Positions 17,891 through 33,149 of a DNA stretch of 64,000 nt are shown here, in pieces; position 1 is the first letter of the stretch; the number at the start of each line of letters is the position of its first letter. The DNA comes from Alphaproteobacteria bacterium (GTDB taxonomy: Bacteria; Pseudomonadota; Alphaproteobacteria; Paracaedibacterales; VGCI01): contig VGCI01000006.1 in the NCBI GenBank assembly GCA_016870095.1, forward strand, positions 7,349 to 71,348. Reading direction: 5' to 3'. The notes beneath the pieces are model-generated. The model did no database searches, was not told the DNA's origin, and was given only the letters and a program-made list of their open reading frames with translations. The position numbers and the translations under genes are program-made.

Positions 17891-20008
17891 TTATCCCGCG
17901 ACTTGATTGACCAACTGTTCAAATTCATCTTCTGTTTCGACATTGGGAGGCGCAGCTGGAGCAATGGCCCCGTGATCAGATATTTCATCAAAGTCTTCAA
18001 TATTCTCCTCTCGCTCTTCTGAAGCATCTTCATTTTCTATAATTAATTCGCCTTCAGGTTTGCCCGCTTCTCCATAAAGAGATTTCATAAAAGTAGCCCA
18101 AACACGCGCCGGTAACCTTCCTCCAGTGGATTTTTTTGCCATAGGTTTGTTGTTGTCATTTCCAGTCCAAACGCCGGCAACAAAATCTGGGGTATAACCC
18201 ACAAACCAGGCATCCGTATCACCATTACTGCCAGTTTTGCCGGCCACGGGAAATGACATTTTTGCCGCACGACCTGTTCCATTATTAACGGCACTGGTTA
18301 ACATACGGTTCATTTGACTTACATATTTTGCCTCAACAACCGGACTTGCAGATTCATTTTGACGCTGATAGAGAATTATTCCAGATTTATCTTTAATAGA
18401 TAAAATACCATAAGGCCAAACGCTCATACCATTGTTTGCAAATGTGCCAAATGCTGCAGTGAGATCAAGAAGGGTGACTTCCGTTGTCCCAAGCGCCATG
18501 CTGAGGTCGGTTACAATTTTACCATTAATCCCAAGACGACGGGCAACTTCTGCAATTCGTCGCGTTCCAACTTGTTGAGCAAGGCGAACCGTGCAGGAGT
18601 TAATGGATTTTGTGATCGCTTCTTGAAGGCTGTAGTCGTCTCCTTCTAAATATCGATATTGATGTTTACCAAAATTTCGGGGAGACCAATTACCAATGGT
18701 AATGGGTTCGTCTGAGACGCGTGTTTCAGGAGACATCCCGTATTCTAAGGCTGCTAAATAAACAAAAGGTTTCCAAGCAGAGCCGGGTTGTCGCAACGCT
18801 TGCGTTACACGATTGAACTGACTACCCTGATAGCTTTTACCCCCAACCATGGCTCGAACGGCACCATTGGGTGTCATTACGACCATTGAAATTTCACTTG
18901 TTTTTAGGTCTTTCCCCATATCTTCTAATAAATTCAAAGCCGCTTCTTCCGCTTTCTTTTGCATGACCAGGTCAAGCGTTGTGACAACAACCAAGTCTTT
19001 ATCGGCTATACTCACGTAGTTTGAAATTGAGTCATAAACCCAGTCTGCAAAAAATTGATAACCATTTCCTGTGGCTGAAGTTTGACTAAATGTAGCTTCT
19101 GCATGACGCATATGTTCATCAGCAGATTGAATATATCCGGCTTCTTGCATCTGATCTAAAACTACTTTAGCCCTGGCTCGGGAGCGTTCAGGATGAGCTG
19201 TCGGAGAGTAGCGAGAGGGCGCTTTTAGCAAACCTGCAATCACTGCTGCTTCATAAACGGTAATTTGTCGGGCGGATTTCTTGAAATATTTATGGGCGGC
19301 GGCATCGACACCATAAGTACCCGCGCCAAAATAAACCCGATTGAGATAAATAGTCATAATTTGATCTTTTGTGAAATTCCATTCGAGCCAGACGGCCATA
19401 ATGGCTTCCTGAATTTTTCTTCGCAAAGATCGATCGTTATGTCCATAAAGCCCTTGAGTCATTAGGAAATTTTTTGCGAGCTGCTGCGTAATTGTGGAGC
19501 CTCCTTGCACGACACGATCGGCTCGGTAGTTTGTATAGGCTGCGCGAAGTAAGCCGATAATATCAACACCAAAATGACTATAAAAGCGGCGATCTTCAAT
19601 GGCCATGAGGGCTTGGGGAATATAAGGAGAAAGATCTTGAACGCGGATCGTATCCTCATATAAGTCACCATACGTACCAATAACCGTTCCATCTTGAGTC
19701 ATAATAGTTACACTGGGTCGTCGGGAGGTTGCTTGAAGGCGACTAATATCGGGTAAGTCGTAACTAAACCAAAGAACACCCATTCCCCCTAAGCATAAAA
19801 TCCAAATGCCCATCGTTAAAAATAGACGAATAATTACCCATTTTATTGATAATGGATGCCGCTTCTTAGAAGGGGGTTTGGTCGACCCTCTTTTTTTGGA
19901 TTTGCGTTTAGCCGTGGATTTTGTGGCGGCTGAAGAGCGCATATCCTCCTGGCCTTCAGATAAAGTAGGGCGCTCAAATCCGAATAGTGTGGGAGGTTGT
20001 TTCGCCAC
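17891..20008 (-). CDS. mrcA: class A penicillin-binding protein 1A (transglycosylase/transpeptidase)
   Basis: GT51 motifs EDRRFYSHFGVD and GGSTITQQLAKN, transpeptidase motifs SAWKP (SxxK) and KTGS. It starts at GTG and has a Lys-rich cytoplasmic N-tail before the TM anchor. Confidence 0.9.
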   Translation of the reverse strand: MAKQPPTLFGFERPTLSEGQEDMRSSAATKSTAKRKSKKRGSTKPPSKKRHPLSIKWVIIRLFLTMGIWILCLGGMGVLWFSYDLPDISRLQATSRRPSVTIMTQDGTVIGTYGDLYEDTIRVQDLSPYIPQALMAIEDRRFYSHFGVDIIGLLRAAYTNYRADRVVQGGSTITQQLAKNFLMTQGLYGHNDRSLRRKIQEAIMAVWLEWNFTKDQIMTIYLNRVYFGAGTYGVDAAAHKYFKKSARQITVYEAAVIAGLLKAPSRYSPTAHPERSRARAKVVLDQMQEAGYIQSADEHMRHAEATFSQTSATGNGYQFFADWVYDSISNYVSIADKDLVVVTTLDLVMQKKAEEAALNLLEDMGKDLKTSEISMVVMTPNGAVRAMVGGKSYQGSQFNRVTQALRQPGSAWKPFVYLAALEYGMSPETRVSDEPITIGNWSPRNFGKHQYRYLEGDDYSLQEAITKSINSCTVRLAQQVGTRRIAEVARRLGINGKIVTDLSMALGTTEVTLLDLTAAFGTFANNGMSVWPYGILSIKDKSGIILYQRQNESASPVVEAKYVSQMNRMLTSAVNNGTGRAAKMSFPVAGKTGSNGDTDAWFVGYTPDFVAGVWTGNDNNKPMAKKSTGGRLPARVWATFMKSLYGEAGKPEGELIIENEDASEEREENIEDFDEISDHGAIAPAAPPNVETEDEFEQLVNQVAG

Positions 20009-20070
20009 AATTTACCTTAATGTAAAATTCTTTAAATATTGTTGCTAGTATAATATTCGTATTTATACCA

Positions 20071-22524
<2,454 letters not shown>

Positions 22525-22566
22525 TCAGTTTTTAATACAGTTGCTCTATAATTGTGACAGTTAAAA

Positions 22567-23739
22567 TCAAATTGTCAAAGTTGCATTATGAACCGTCAAG
22601 AATTGTGCTTGAGGGTTCAGGTCTTGGAAGGCAGACTTTTCGGTTCCGGTCATCCAGACTTGAAAAGGGCCCTTAGAAGACTCAAGAGATGAATCTTTGG
22701 CGGGCCCACAAATTTCTTGAAATAAAATCAGCCGGTGCTGATCATCCAAGTGTGCTGCAATGTCATCTAACAATAAGATAACTGGGCACGTACGATAATT
22801 TTCTTGAACTTTTATAAAAGCCAAGGTTAAGGCAAGTAACAACATTTTCTGTTCTCCCGTGGAGCATAGCTCTGCTGGAAGCTGTTTGGCAAGATGGTGT
22901 ACTTGAAAATCACTCCGGTGAGGCCCAATGGCAGCTCCGCCAGCCTCTCCATCTTGATAACGATTACTTGCAAGCCTTGCTGCATATTGGTCTTCAACGG
23001 CAAGCGCCGGTTGATTTGTTGTCCAGCATTCAATTTCACCTTTCATTTCAGCGCGAAATTGAGGAAATGGAAAAGATTTTTCGATTCGTTGAGCACTTTC
23101 CAAGCTTTTAACGACCTGTTGCCGAGCCACCACAATGGCGACGCCATCTTCTGCCAAGTGTCTTTCTAAAGTTGAAACCCACAAGGGATCATAACGTCCT
23201 TCTCGCAGGAGGTGTGCACGTTCGCGCAAATGGTGTTCATATCGATGAAGTCTTGATGCATGATTTGCATCCACTGCAAAAACGAGTCGATCAATAAACT
23301 TTCGCCTAACGGATGCAGGCTCTAAGAATAGTCGATCCATTTGAGGCGTTACCCAAATGACACTGATCCAATCAGTTAAGGATGCCTGACTTTTTGCTGG
23401 CGTACCATTAATTTTAACCACACGGCGTTCGTTTCCTATGGCTGTGTAATCTAATCCAGTTCCCAATTGAACAGGACCGTGATACGTTTCTACGGTAGCT
23501 GCAATTGCCCATAAGGTTGGATGAGTCATATCATCATTCACTTTTTTAAGATTGGTGACTTGTGACAGCTTAATACTTCGCAATCCTCGGCCGGGAGACA
23601 AAAAAGAAAGAGCTTCCAAAATGTTTGTCTTACCTGCTCCGTTAGGTCCTGTCAGAACGATAGTGTCAGCGTGAAGATGGAGGTCTAATCCTTGATAATT
23701 TCGAAACTGATGCAACGCAAGTCGCGACAAACCCATCAT
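22567..23739 (-). CDS. recF: DNA replication and repair protein RecF
   Basis: LALHQFRNY...LTGPNGAGKTNILEAL (Walker A) and the signature region. The start is set at the MMGLSRL ATG (23739) instead of the longer track ORF. Confidence 0.93.
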   Translation of the reverse strand: MMGLSRLALHQFRNYQGLDLHLHADTIVLTGPNGAGKTNILEALSFLSPGRGLRSIKLSQVTNLKKVNDDMTHPTLWAIAATVETYHGPVQLGTGLDYTAIGNERRVVKINGTPAKSQASLTDWISVIWVTPQMDRLFLEPASVRRKFIDRLVFAVDANHASRLHRYEHHLRERAHLLREGRYDPLWVSTLERHLAEDGVAIVVARQQVVKSLESAQRIEKSFPFPQFRAEMKGEIECWTTNQPALAVEDQYAARLASNRYQDGEAGGAAIGPHRSDFQVHHLAKQLPAELCSTGEQKMLLLALTLAFIKVQENYRTCPVILLLDDIAAHLDDQHRLILFQEICGPAKDSSLESSKGPFQVWMTGTEKSAFQDLNPQAQFLTVHNATLTI

Positions 23740-23845
23740 AGGTGAAGGTTGAACAGAAATATTTTCTTTGCATTGTCGTATCTGCACTTAATGATAGTCC
23801 CTGCCATACTTTTTTATCATGTGATATCTTGCGACCTTGCTTTTA

Positions 23846-24964
23846 TCAGACCCGCATGGGCATGAGAACATAAGTTGCTTCTTGATTTGTCATCCCCTTA
23901 ATAATGGCTGGCGCATCCCCATTTGCCAGAACAACTTGAGCTTCATCCTCATCAATTTGTTGGGCAATATCAAGTAAATAACGAGCATTAAAACCGATTT
24001 CAACGGGAGCATGCGGAAAGTCGATCGCAATCTCTTCGGTGGCATTACCTAAATCATGACTTGCTGCAGATAGGGTGAGCATATTGTTGTTTAAACTCAT
24101 TTTTATAGTTCTAATCTTGTCATTCGAAACGGTAGCCACTCGATCGACAGCTGCTGCGAAAGTTTTTGCATCAATAATGGCAATTTTATCATTACCACTC
24201 GGAATGGCTTTTTCATATTCCGGGTAAGTTGCATCAATTAATCGAGAACTTAACACGGCATTCTCAAACGCAAATTCAATGCGTGTTGGAGAGAGAGCAA
24301 CTTGAACTTCAGTGGTTGTATCATCTACCAATTTGCGAGCTTCTGTGATGGTTTTGCGTCCAATAATGATGCCAGGGATATTTTCGGCTCCTTCAGGCAA
24401 AGGGACTTCAATATAGGCAAGGCGATGCGCATCTGTGGCGACGGAGCGAAGGATTTTTTGCCCTTCTCTTTCCAGTGTATGAAAGTGTATTCCATTTAGA
24501 TAATAGCGGGTTTCTTCTGTGGACATAGCAAATTTTGCACGGTCTAAAAGCTTTTTAAATATCGCGATGGGTAAAGAAAAATGGAAGGGTAATTCCCCTT
24601 GAGTGAGTTGGGGAAAATCTTCGGGATCCAGGCAAGACAGATTAAAACGAGATCGCCCCCCTTTTAAGTTTAATTGGCCTGTTTCCGACAAATAAGTCAG
24701 TTCAATCGTGGACCCTTCGGGAAGTTTTCTCACAATATCAAATAGCATTTGAGCAGAGACAGTCGTTGTACCTGGCTCAGTCACAATTGCAGGGACTGTC
24801 TCTATGAGAGCAAGATCCGTATCTGTAGTAATTAAACTTAAGCCCATGGGCGTTGCGCTTAAAAGAACGTTACTTAGGATGGGGATTGTTGTTCTTCGTT
24901 CAACAACACTTTGACCATGGGAAAGGGCTTTTAAAAAAGCGGATCTATCAACTGTTAACTTCAT
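23846..24964 (-). CDS. dnaN: DNA polymerase III beta sliding clamp
   Basis: MKLTVDRSAFLKAL...ILSNVLL N-terminus, 372 aa, and its position between dnaA and recF. Confidence 0.95.
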   Translation of the reverse strand: MKLTVDRSAFLKALSHGQSVVERRTTIPILSNVLLSATPMGLSLITTDTDLALIETVPAIVTEPGTTTVSAQMLFDIVRKLPEGSTIELTYLSETGQLNLKGGRSRFNLSCLDPEDFPQLTQGELPFHFSLPIAIFKKLLDRAKFAMSTEETRYYLNGIHFHTLEREGQKILRSVATDAHRLAYIEVPLPEGAENIPGIIIGRKTITEARKLVDDTTTEVQVALSPTRIEFAFENAVLSSRLIDATYPEYEKAIPSGNDKIAIIDAKTFAAAVDRVATVSNDKIRTIKMSLNNNMLTLSAASHDLGNATEEIAIDFPHAPVEIGFNARYLLDIAQQIDEDEAQVVLANGDAPAIIKGMTNQEATYVLMPMRV

Positions 24965-24972
24965 GACTTAAA

Positions 24973-26403
24973 TTATACCTCCAAGTTTCTACGTAAAATA
25001 TCGAGATCATCTGAAAATTCTCGATCTTGAATTCTGACTTCTTCAACTTTGCGCACAGCATGTAAGACGGTTGTGTGGTCGCGTCCACCAAATTTTCTGC
25101 CAATTTCAGGAAGAGATCGAGATGTTAATGTCTTAGCCAAATACATAGCGACTTGACGAGGACGGGCAACATTTTGAGATCGTCTAGCAGACTGCATATC
25201 TGAAATCTTAATGCCATAATACTCTGAGACACGCTTTTGAATATCCTCGATTGTGATACGTCGATCATTCGCTTTTAAAAGATCTCGCAAAACATCATGA
25301 GTTGTTTCCAAGGTAATTTCGCGGCCCACGAGAGTGGCATGGGCGATAATACGATTTAAGGCACCTTCAAGTTCGCGGATGTTTGAACTGATCTTGCGCG
25401 CTAAAAATTCCATAACATCTTTTGGAATTCCTATATTTAAAGTATCTGCTTTGGCGTGTAAAATTCCTAATCGTAATTCATAGGTTGTCGGATGAATATC
25501 CGCCACCAGTCCCCATCCAAGGCGGGATTTTAAACGATCTTCCATGCCTTCCAAATCAGAAGGAGACTTGTCAGCAGAAATAATTATTTGATGATTTTGA
25601 TCAACGAGAGCATTGAAAGTATGAAAAAATTCTTCTTGCGTCGTTTCTTTACCGCTGATGAATTGAACATCATCAATCATGAGAACATCAACGGAACGGA
25701 ACAGTTCTTTGAATGACACCGTATCTTTGAAACGTAAGGCACGAATAAATTGATACATAAATTTTTCTGCTGATAAATAGATAACGCGACGTTTGGGATG
25801 ATAGGTTTTAATGTGCCAGGCAATCGCATGCATTAAGTGGGTTTTACCAAGACCAACCCCGCCATATAAGAACAGGGGGTTGAATTGAGCCGTTTGAGAT
25901 TCTGCAACGCGTAAAGCAGCGGCATAAGCAAGTTCGTTAGGTTTGCCAACCACAAAATTATCAAAAGTGAATCGAGGATCAAGGGCTGCGCCAAGAACAT
26001 CTCGATCTATGCCAATGGATTCTTCATCGATGAGAGAAGCTTCTTTGGGACTTTGAGGAGTGCCCGCTGGGAGAATTTCATCTGGCTGTTGGGAAGGTAG
26101 CGGGACCGGAGTGCCCATTTTAACAATAACTTCAACTGCCGTAATAGAGGGATTTAGGCCTAGCCAGAGGAGCCGAATGCGTTCCACATAATGAGAAACA
26201 ACCCAATCACGCATAAAACGCGTTGGGGCAGCAATTCGAACAGTGTTTCCCAAAACATCGATTACAAACAGGGGTTTAATCCAGCTCTTAAACACAGCTT
26301 CACCAAATTCTAACCGCAACTGCTCACGAACTTTTTCCCACTGAGGGATAGTTTCGGTAGTATGATCTATGTCTTTTGATTCTGTTAATGCCAGCGCTGT
26401 CAA
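24973..26403 (-). CDS. dnaA: chromosomal replication initiator protein DnaA
   Basis: AAA+ Walker A GGVGLGKTHL and the domain IV DNA-binding helix GGRDHTTVLHA. It starts at TTG. Confidence 0.96.
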   Translation of the reverse strand: MTALALTESKDIDHTTETIPQWEKVREQLRLEFGEAVFKSWIKPLFVIDVLGNTVRIAAPTRFMRDWVVSHYVERIRLLWLGLNPSITAVEVIVKMGTPVPLPSQQPDEILPAGTPQSPKEASLIDEESIGIDRDVLGAALDPRFTFDNFVVGKPNELAYAAALRVAESQTAQFNPLFLYGGVGLGKTHLMHAIAWHIKTYHPKRRVIYLSAEKFMYQFIRALRFKDTVSFKELFRSVDVLMIDDVQFISGKETTQEEFFHTFNALVDQNHQIIISADKSPSDLEGMEDRLKSRLGWGLVADIHPTTYELRLGILHAKADTLNIGIPKDVMEFLARKISSNIRELEGALNRIIAHATLVGREITLETTHDVLRDLLKANDRRITIEDIQKRVSEYYGIKISDMQSARRSQNVARPRQVAMYLAKTLTSRSLPEIGRKFGGRDHTTVLHAVRKVEEVRIQDREFSDDLDILRRNLEV

Positions 26404-26790
26404 AAAAATACCCTAACTCTAAAATGAATTGATTATCAAGGAAACTGCTAAAAAGAGGAGAACACTTCCCTCAATGATATACCAACCTATTTTTACCTGA
26501 TCTGACGCCTAAAACCAATGAGAAAATGGCCTCTTTTAAAACATAATGAAAAACTCCCGAATTATGGGCGGTATATCTAGCTGACCATGGCATTGCGAGG
26601 ACCTCTTACTCGGGAAACTTTCATAATAATCTAGAAATTACACCAAAAGCTCTAATAGTATTCATAATATTTCAAGAAAAAATTTATAAAATTTTACTTA
26701 TTATTCAGTCTCTTTTGCACAAATCTATAAAAAATTGAAAAAAATTATCTATTTTTTGAGTGAAATCTGTTCACACTGCAGGTAAAGTCG

Positions 26791-27696
26791 GTGGAGAATG
26801 AAGCCTATGAAAAGGAATTTCCAGGAATGCGATTCTGTTTATTAAAGCATGGATTATTAGTTGCAACCCTAATAGAGTTAGGTATTTTAAGCAGCGGGCC
26901 TATTGTGGCCAACACAATCCCTGAAGCAACTCCGCTTTCCGCCTCTCAGAATGAAGTAAATCAGAGTCCTTCTGCTGACTTAACATCATCAGCTTCGCAG
27001 GAATTCTCGTCAGATGAAGGACCTAATGATCCTTTAGAACCCCTCAATAGATTTGTGTTCTCGATAAACGAAATTCTTGATTTCGCACTTTTAAGGCCTG
27101 TTGCAGAAATTTATCGAGCTGTTACTCCCGACCCCCTAAAACGAGGTGTATCAAATGTTTTGGATAATCTATTTGCACCTGTCAGTTTCTTAAACCATAT
27201 TTTTCAAGGCGAGCCAGAACGGGCTACCGTAACCCTTTTCCGTTTCTTGCTAAACTCTAGCATTGGCTTTTTAGGGATTTCAGACTTTGCGTCTGATAGG
27301 GGCTATCCTCGCTATGACACGGACTTTAATCAGACATTAATAACGTGGGGTATTGATACAGGTCCCTATTTGGTTTTACCATTATTAGGATCTTCCTCAT
27401 TCCGGGGTACGGCTGGGTTTGTGGCAGACTATTATGCAGATCCTCTTAATATATATCTTAATAATCACCATCATTGGAAATATCATTATTGGTTGACCGT
27501 TCGTTATGGATTCGATATGCTGAGGAATCGCGAGAAAGTCATTGAAACAATAGATAATTTAAGAAGTGGCTCTTTCGACTTTTATATTACAATGCGGAGT
27601 ATTTACTTCCAACGTCAGGCCTATTTGGCTGAAAAACTAAAATCTGCAAAATCTCCAGAGGTAGCTAAGGAGGAACAAACAAGGGTGACTTCATAA
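26791..27696 (+). CDS. mlaA: MlaA/VacJ family outer-membrane lipid-asymmetry protein
   Basis: DPLEPLNRFVFSINEILDFALLRPVAEIYRAVTP and FLNHIFQG are VacJ family motifs. The start is GTG 26791 or ATG 26827. Confidence 0.8.
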   Translation: MENEAYEKEFPGMRFCLLKHGLLVATLIELGILSSGPIVANTIPEATPLSASQNEVNQSPSADLTSSASQEFSSDEGPNDPLEPLNRFVFSINEILDFALLRPVAEIYRAVTPDPLKRGVSNVLDNLFAPVSFLNHIFQGEPERATVTLFRFLLNSSIGFLGISDFASDRGYPRYDTDFNQTLITWGIDTGPYLVLPLLGSSSFRGTAGFVADYYADPLNIYLNNHHHWKYHYWLTVRYGFDMLRNREKVIETIDNLRSGSFDFYITMRSIYFQRQAYLAEKLKSAKSPEVAKEEQTRVTS

Positions 27697-27762
27697 CCGT
27701 TTGTTAATCTCTTTCTTGTAGGCTTTACATTAAGGATTATTGCAATCAAGAACGAGGATATT

Positions 27763-28350
27763 ATGATTAAGAATTTTTTTTATTCCCTAGTCGCTATTTT
27801 GTTTTTCTCGCAACTTAGCTCTCAATCAATTTTGGCAGACACCCCTGACGGAGCCAAGGCTTTTATAGAAGATTTAGGTCGACGAGCCATTAACTCTCTG
27901 ACGAAGCCAGACGTATCACAAGAGCAGTTAGAATCCAATTTTGAAAAACTTTTGAATGAAGGATTTGATGTTCCTGGTATTGCAAGATTTGTTATGGGGC
28001 GGTATTGGGTTCAAATGAATGATGAACAAAAAGAGAGATTTGTTCCCCTATTTAAAGCTCGTCTTAAAAAGTCTTATGCAAATCGTTTCCAAGCCTATCG
28101 TGGTGTTGTTTTCGTTGTCAAAGATGCGCGCCAAGAAAAAGATCACGTTATTGTATCCAGTACCATTCAGAAACCTGGCGAAGCTTTGACACCGGTTGAG
28201 TGGCGTGTGGCAGGCGGAAAAATTCATGATGTAAAAGTTGAAGGCGTAAGTATGAGTATCACCATTCGAGATGAATATAATGCTCTTGTTCAATCCAACA
28301 ACCGGAATATTGAAAAATTCATGAGCATGATTGCTGGATCTGTACAATAA
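27763..28350 (+). CDS. mlaC: MlaC/Ttg2D family phospholipid-binding periplasmic protein
   Basis: Signal peptide followed by FDVPGIARFVMGRYW, typical of the toluene-tolerance Ttg2D family. It sits next to mlaA. Confidence 0.7.
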   Translation: MIKNFFYSLVAILFFSQLSSQSILADTPDGAKAFIEDLGRRAINSLTKPDVSQEQLESNFEKLLNEGFDVPGIARFVMGRYWVQMNDEQKERFVPLFKARLKKSYANRFQAYRGVVFVVKDARQEKDHVIVSSTIQKPGEALTPVEWRVAGGKIHDVKVEGVSMSITIRDEYNALVQSNNRNIEKFMSMIAGSVQ

Positions 28351-28387
28351 TTTTTTTCAGAAATTTTAAGAGATAATCAAAAAACTG

Positions 28388-28430
28388 ATATATCCCCCCT
28401 GTAAACGGGGATATATATAGCCCTTTTTTA
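28388..28430 (+). terminator. intrinsic terminator after mlaC
   Basis: 10-bp stem ATATATCCCC (28388-28397) / GGGGATATAT (28407-28416) with a 9-nt loop, and a T6 run at 28424-28429. Confidence 0.65.
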
Positions 28431-28588
28431 TTGTAAGGGGCGGCATATTCTCCCCTCTTAAAAATACCTTCTAGAAATTTACTTCAAGACACGCCAATAT
28501 AAGGAACGGAACAACAAAACATAGGGCAACTTTCTTCAAGGCAAGACTTTAAAGAGGCTGCTAAAATATCGGGTTTGATTCGTTTATT

Positions 28589-29155
28589 ATGGAAAATGTA
28601 TTTTCACCAGGAATTTTAACTTCTCTACCCGGTCGGTACGCAAAAGCTCTTTTCGACTTGGCAAAAGAGAAGAAGCAAACGGGGGGTGTAGGATCTAGCT
28701 TAACCTCTTTGGTTCATCTTATCCAATCCTCTCTCGTTTTAAAGCAGGCTCTAAGTAACCCAACAATCAGCTGCAAAGACCAAACGGCTGCGCTTGTCGA
28801 AATATGTGTACATCTCAAAACACCTAAAATATTTCAGTCTTTTATTGCGCAATTGATGAAAGCGCAACGCATAGCTTATCTGACAAGGATTGATAAAATC
28901 TATCAAAACTTAATGTTATACGAGAAAGGGCAAGAAAACATTGAAGTCATCTCTGCCCATCCCTTGACAACGGCTCAGGTACACTTGTTACAAGACAAGT
29001 TAAAACAGGTCTTTCCTAGAACACTGAAACTTACTTTGGTTAATGATTCAAGTGTATTGGGAGGAATAATGGTTCGAATTGGGTCTCGTGTTATTGATGC
29101 CACTCTGATTACACAACTCAATAAACTTGCCACGGTGATGAAAGGAAATACCTAA
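28589..29155 (+). CDS. atpH: F0F1 ATP synthase subunit delta
   Basis: [14 protein letters not shown]-terminus and C-terminal [13 protein letters not shown]. Its stop overlaps the atpA start (TAATG). Confidence 0.9.
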   Translation: MENVFSPGILTSLPGRYAKALFDLAKEKKQTGGVGSSLTSLVHLIQSSLVLKQALSNPTISCKDQTAALVEICVHLKTPKIFQSFIAQLMKAQRIAYLTRIDKIYQNLMLYEKGQENIEVISAHPLTTAQVHLLQDKLKQVFPRTLKLTLVNDSSVLGGIMVRIGSRVIDATLITQLNKLATVMKGNT

Positions 29156-30690
29156 TGGAACTAAGAGCTGCGGAAGTTTCCGCCATTTTAAAAGAACAAA
29201 TTAAAGATTTTGATCCTAAAGCGGACATTGCGGAAAGCGGCATTGTTGTTTCTGTTGGAGACGGCATTGCCCGTATTTATGGATTAGAGAATATCCAATC
29301 AGGTGAGTTGGTCCTCTTTCCCAATGATATTAAGGGTATGGCCCTTAATTTAGGAACGGATAATGTGGGTGTTGTTATCTTTGGAAACGATAGAGATATT
29401 CGAGAGGGTGATCGGGTCAAAAGAACTCAAAAAATTGTAGACGTTCCTGTCGGGAAAGGGCTTTTGGGGCGTGTTGTAGATGGTTTGGGAAATCCCATTG
29501 ATGGCAAAGGGCCTTTGAAAAATGTGACCCTATCTCAAGTGGAAGTAAAAGCGCCGGGAATTATTGCCCGTCAACCTGTGTCAGAGCCTATGCAGACCGG
29601 TATTAAAGCTATTGATAGTTTGGTTCCCATTGGACGGGGTCAAAGAGAATTAATCATTGGGGATCGGCAAACAGGTAAAACGGCGATCGTTTTGGATGCC
29701 ATAATTAATCAAAAAGGCATAAATAAAGGTAAAAATGAGTCGCAAAAGCTTTATTGTATTTATGTGGCTATTGGCCAGAAGCGTTCCTCTGTGGCTCGAA
29801 TTGTGAAGACCTTAGAAGAAAATGGAGCCTTAGAATATTCTATTGTGGTTGCGGCCACAGCTTCAGATCCAGCACCTATGCAATACCTTGCTCCTTATAC
29901 TGGGTGTACGATGGGGGAATATTTTCGAGATAATGGGATGCATGCGCTGATTATTTATGATGATTTATCTAAACATGCGGTTGCCTATCGACAAATGTCA
30001 TTATTATTGCGTCGTCCCCCAGGTCGAGAAGCGTATCCCGGAGATGTCTTTTATCTTCACTCTCGGTTGCTTGAACGGGCTGCCAAAATGGATACACCTT
30101 TTGGTAGTGGATCTTTGACGGCCTTACCTATTGTAGAAACTCAAGCGGGTGATGTTTCTGCGTATATTCCAACCAATATTATTTCGATTACCGATGGCCA
30201 AATTTTTTTGGAGACGGAATTGTTTTATAAAGGAATACGTCCGGCAATTAATGTTGGTTTATCCGTCAGTCGTGTTGGATCTGCCGCTCAGAAAAAAGCG
30301 ATGAGACAAGTTGCAGGACGCATTAAACTTGAGCTGGCTCAATATCGTGAAATGGCGGCATTTTCTCAATTCTCATCAGATTTAGATGCTTCAACACAAA
30401 AATTATTGAATCGGGGGGAGCGATTGACCGAGCTCCTTAAACAAAAACAATACAGCCCTTTGAGCATGGAGGAACAAGTTGTTTCTCTTTTTGCGGGCGT
30501 GAAGGGATTTCTTGATTCAATCCCCATTAAAGATATTCAAAAATTTGAGGAAGAATACCTTGAAGTATTGCAAATGAACCAACCTGAAATTTTTGAAGAC
30601 ATAAGAGCAACTGGTGCTTTAAGCGAAGAGACAGAAAAAAAGTTAGCAAAATTTCTAACAACATTTTGTTCTTCCTACACATCTCGTTAA
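29155..30690 (+). CDS. atpA: F0F1 ATP synthase subunit alpha
   Basis: Walker A GDRQTGKT plus the conserved [23 protein letters not shown] segment. Confidence 0.97.
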   Translation: MELRAAEVSAILKEQIKDFDPKADIAESGIVVSVGDGIARIYGLENIQSGELVLFPNDIKGMALNLGTDNVGVVIFGNDRDIREGDRVKRTQKIVDVPVGKGLLGRVVDGLGNPIDGKGPLKNVTLSQVEVKAPGIIARQPVSEPMQTGIKAIDSLVPIGRGQRELIIGDRQTGKTAIVLDAIINQKGINKGKNESQKLYCIYVAIGQKRSSVARIVKTLEENGALEYSIVVAATASDPAPMQYLAPYTGCTMGEYFRDNGMHALIIYDDLSKHAVAYRQMSLLLRRPPGREAYPGDVFYLHSRLLERAAKMDTPFGSGSLTALPIVETQAGDVSAYIPTNIISITDGQIFLETELFYKGIRPAINVGLSVSRVGSAAQKKAMRQVAGRIKLELAQYREMAAFSQFSSDLDASTQKLLNRGERLTELLKQKQYSPLSMEEQVVSLFAGVKGFLDSIPIKDIQKFEEEYLEVLQMNQPEIFEDIRATGALSEETEKKLAKFLTTFCSSYTSR

Positions 30691-30709
30691 GAGTAAAGAA
30701 GAGGATTTT

Positions 30710-31627
30710 ATGTCGAGCCTTAAGACACTACGCACTCGTATCCGCAGTGTGAAATCAACACAAAAGATAACCTCTGCCATGAAGATGGTAGCGGCGGCAC
30801 GCTTGCGTCGTTCCCAGGAAAGAGTTGAGCTAGTCCGTCCCTATGATCGAGCTATGTATGAAATGGTAAGTCACTTATTAACACAAAATAGAAATGATCT
30901 AGCTAAAGAGCCTATTCTTTTGACAGGGCATCATAATTTGCCCATTCATCTCCTGATTGTTGTGACGACAGATCGGGGTTTATGTGGAGGATTTAATGCT
31001 GCTGTGATTCGGGAAGCAAAAGCAGTTATTAGCAAACTAAAAGCGGAAGAAAAGCAGGTAAAAATTTTTTGTTTGGGGCGAAAGGGACGAGATCTCTTGC
31101 GTCAGGAATTTGGAGACTTAATTATTGAAACGGTGCAGCATGGTCATAAAAATGCGGAAGGGAAAAAGACAGAGAACTTTACAGATGCCTTAGAATTTTC
31201 CACGAAACTTCAAGATATGCTGAAGGATCGACAGTTTGGTGAGGCCTCCATTCTGTTTACAATTTTTCACTCTGCGCTTCATCAATCTATTGCCCATCAC
31301 TTTTTAGTACCTTTTCGCACAAGCACGGAAACCTCAGCGATATCTGCACCTGAATTTAAGTCTTCTTTGAATTCTCTTTATGAGTATGAACCGAATGTAG
31401 ATTCTTTATTGGATTTTTTGCTGCCGCGATATTTGGCTGTAGAGATTTATCGGGTTTTATTGGAAAATGAGGCAAGCGAACAGGGGGCAAGAATGACCGC
31501 CATGGATAATGCAACGCGAAATGCGCAAGATATGATTCAAAAGCTTGCTCGAACCTATCACCAGACGCGTCAAGCTTATATTACTAAAGAGCTAATTGAA
31601 ATTATCTCAGCGGCAGAGGCTATGTAA
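30710..31627 (+). CDS. atpG: F0F1 ATP synthase subunit gamma
   Basis: IRSVKSTQKITSAMKMVAAARLRR N-terminus and ITKELIEIISAAEA C-terminus. Confidence 0.95.
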   Translation: MSSLKTLRTRIRSVKSTQKITSAMKMVAAARLRRSQERVELVRPYDRAMYEMVSHLLTQNRNDLAKEPILLTGHHNLPIHLLIVVTTDRGLCGGFNAAVIREAKAVISKLKAEEKQVKIFCLGRKGRDLLRQEFGDLIIETVQHGHKNAEGKKTENFTDALEFSTKLQDMLKDRQFGEASILFTIFHSALHQSIAHHFLVPFRTSTETSAISAPEFKSSLNSLYEYEPNVDSLLDFLLPRYLAVEIYRVLLENEASEQGARMTAMDNATRNAQDMIQKLARTYHQTRQAYITKELIEIISAAEAM

Positions 31628-31664
31628 GGGTAAAAATAATGAGGTCCAAGTGGGTAAGGCCTAG

Positions 31665-33146
<1,482 letters not shown>

Positions 33147-33149
33147 ATT

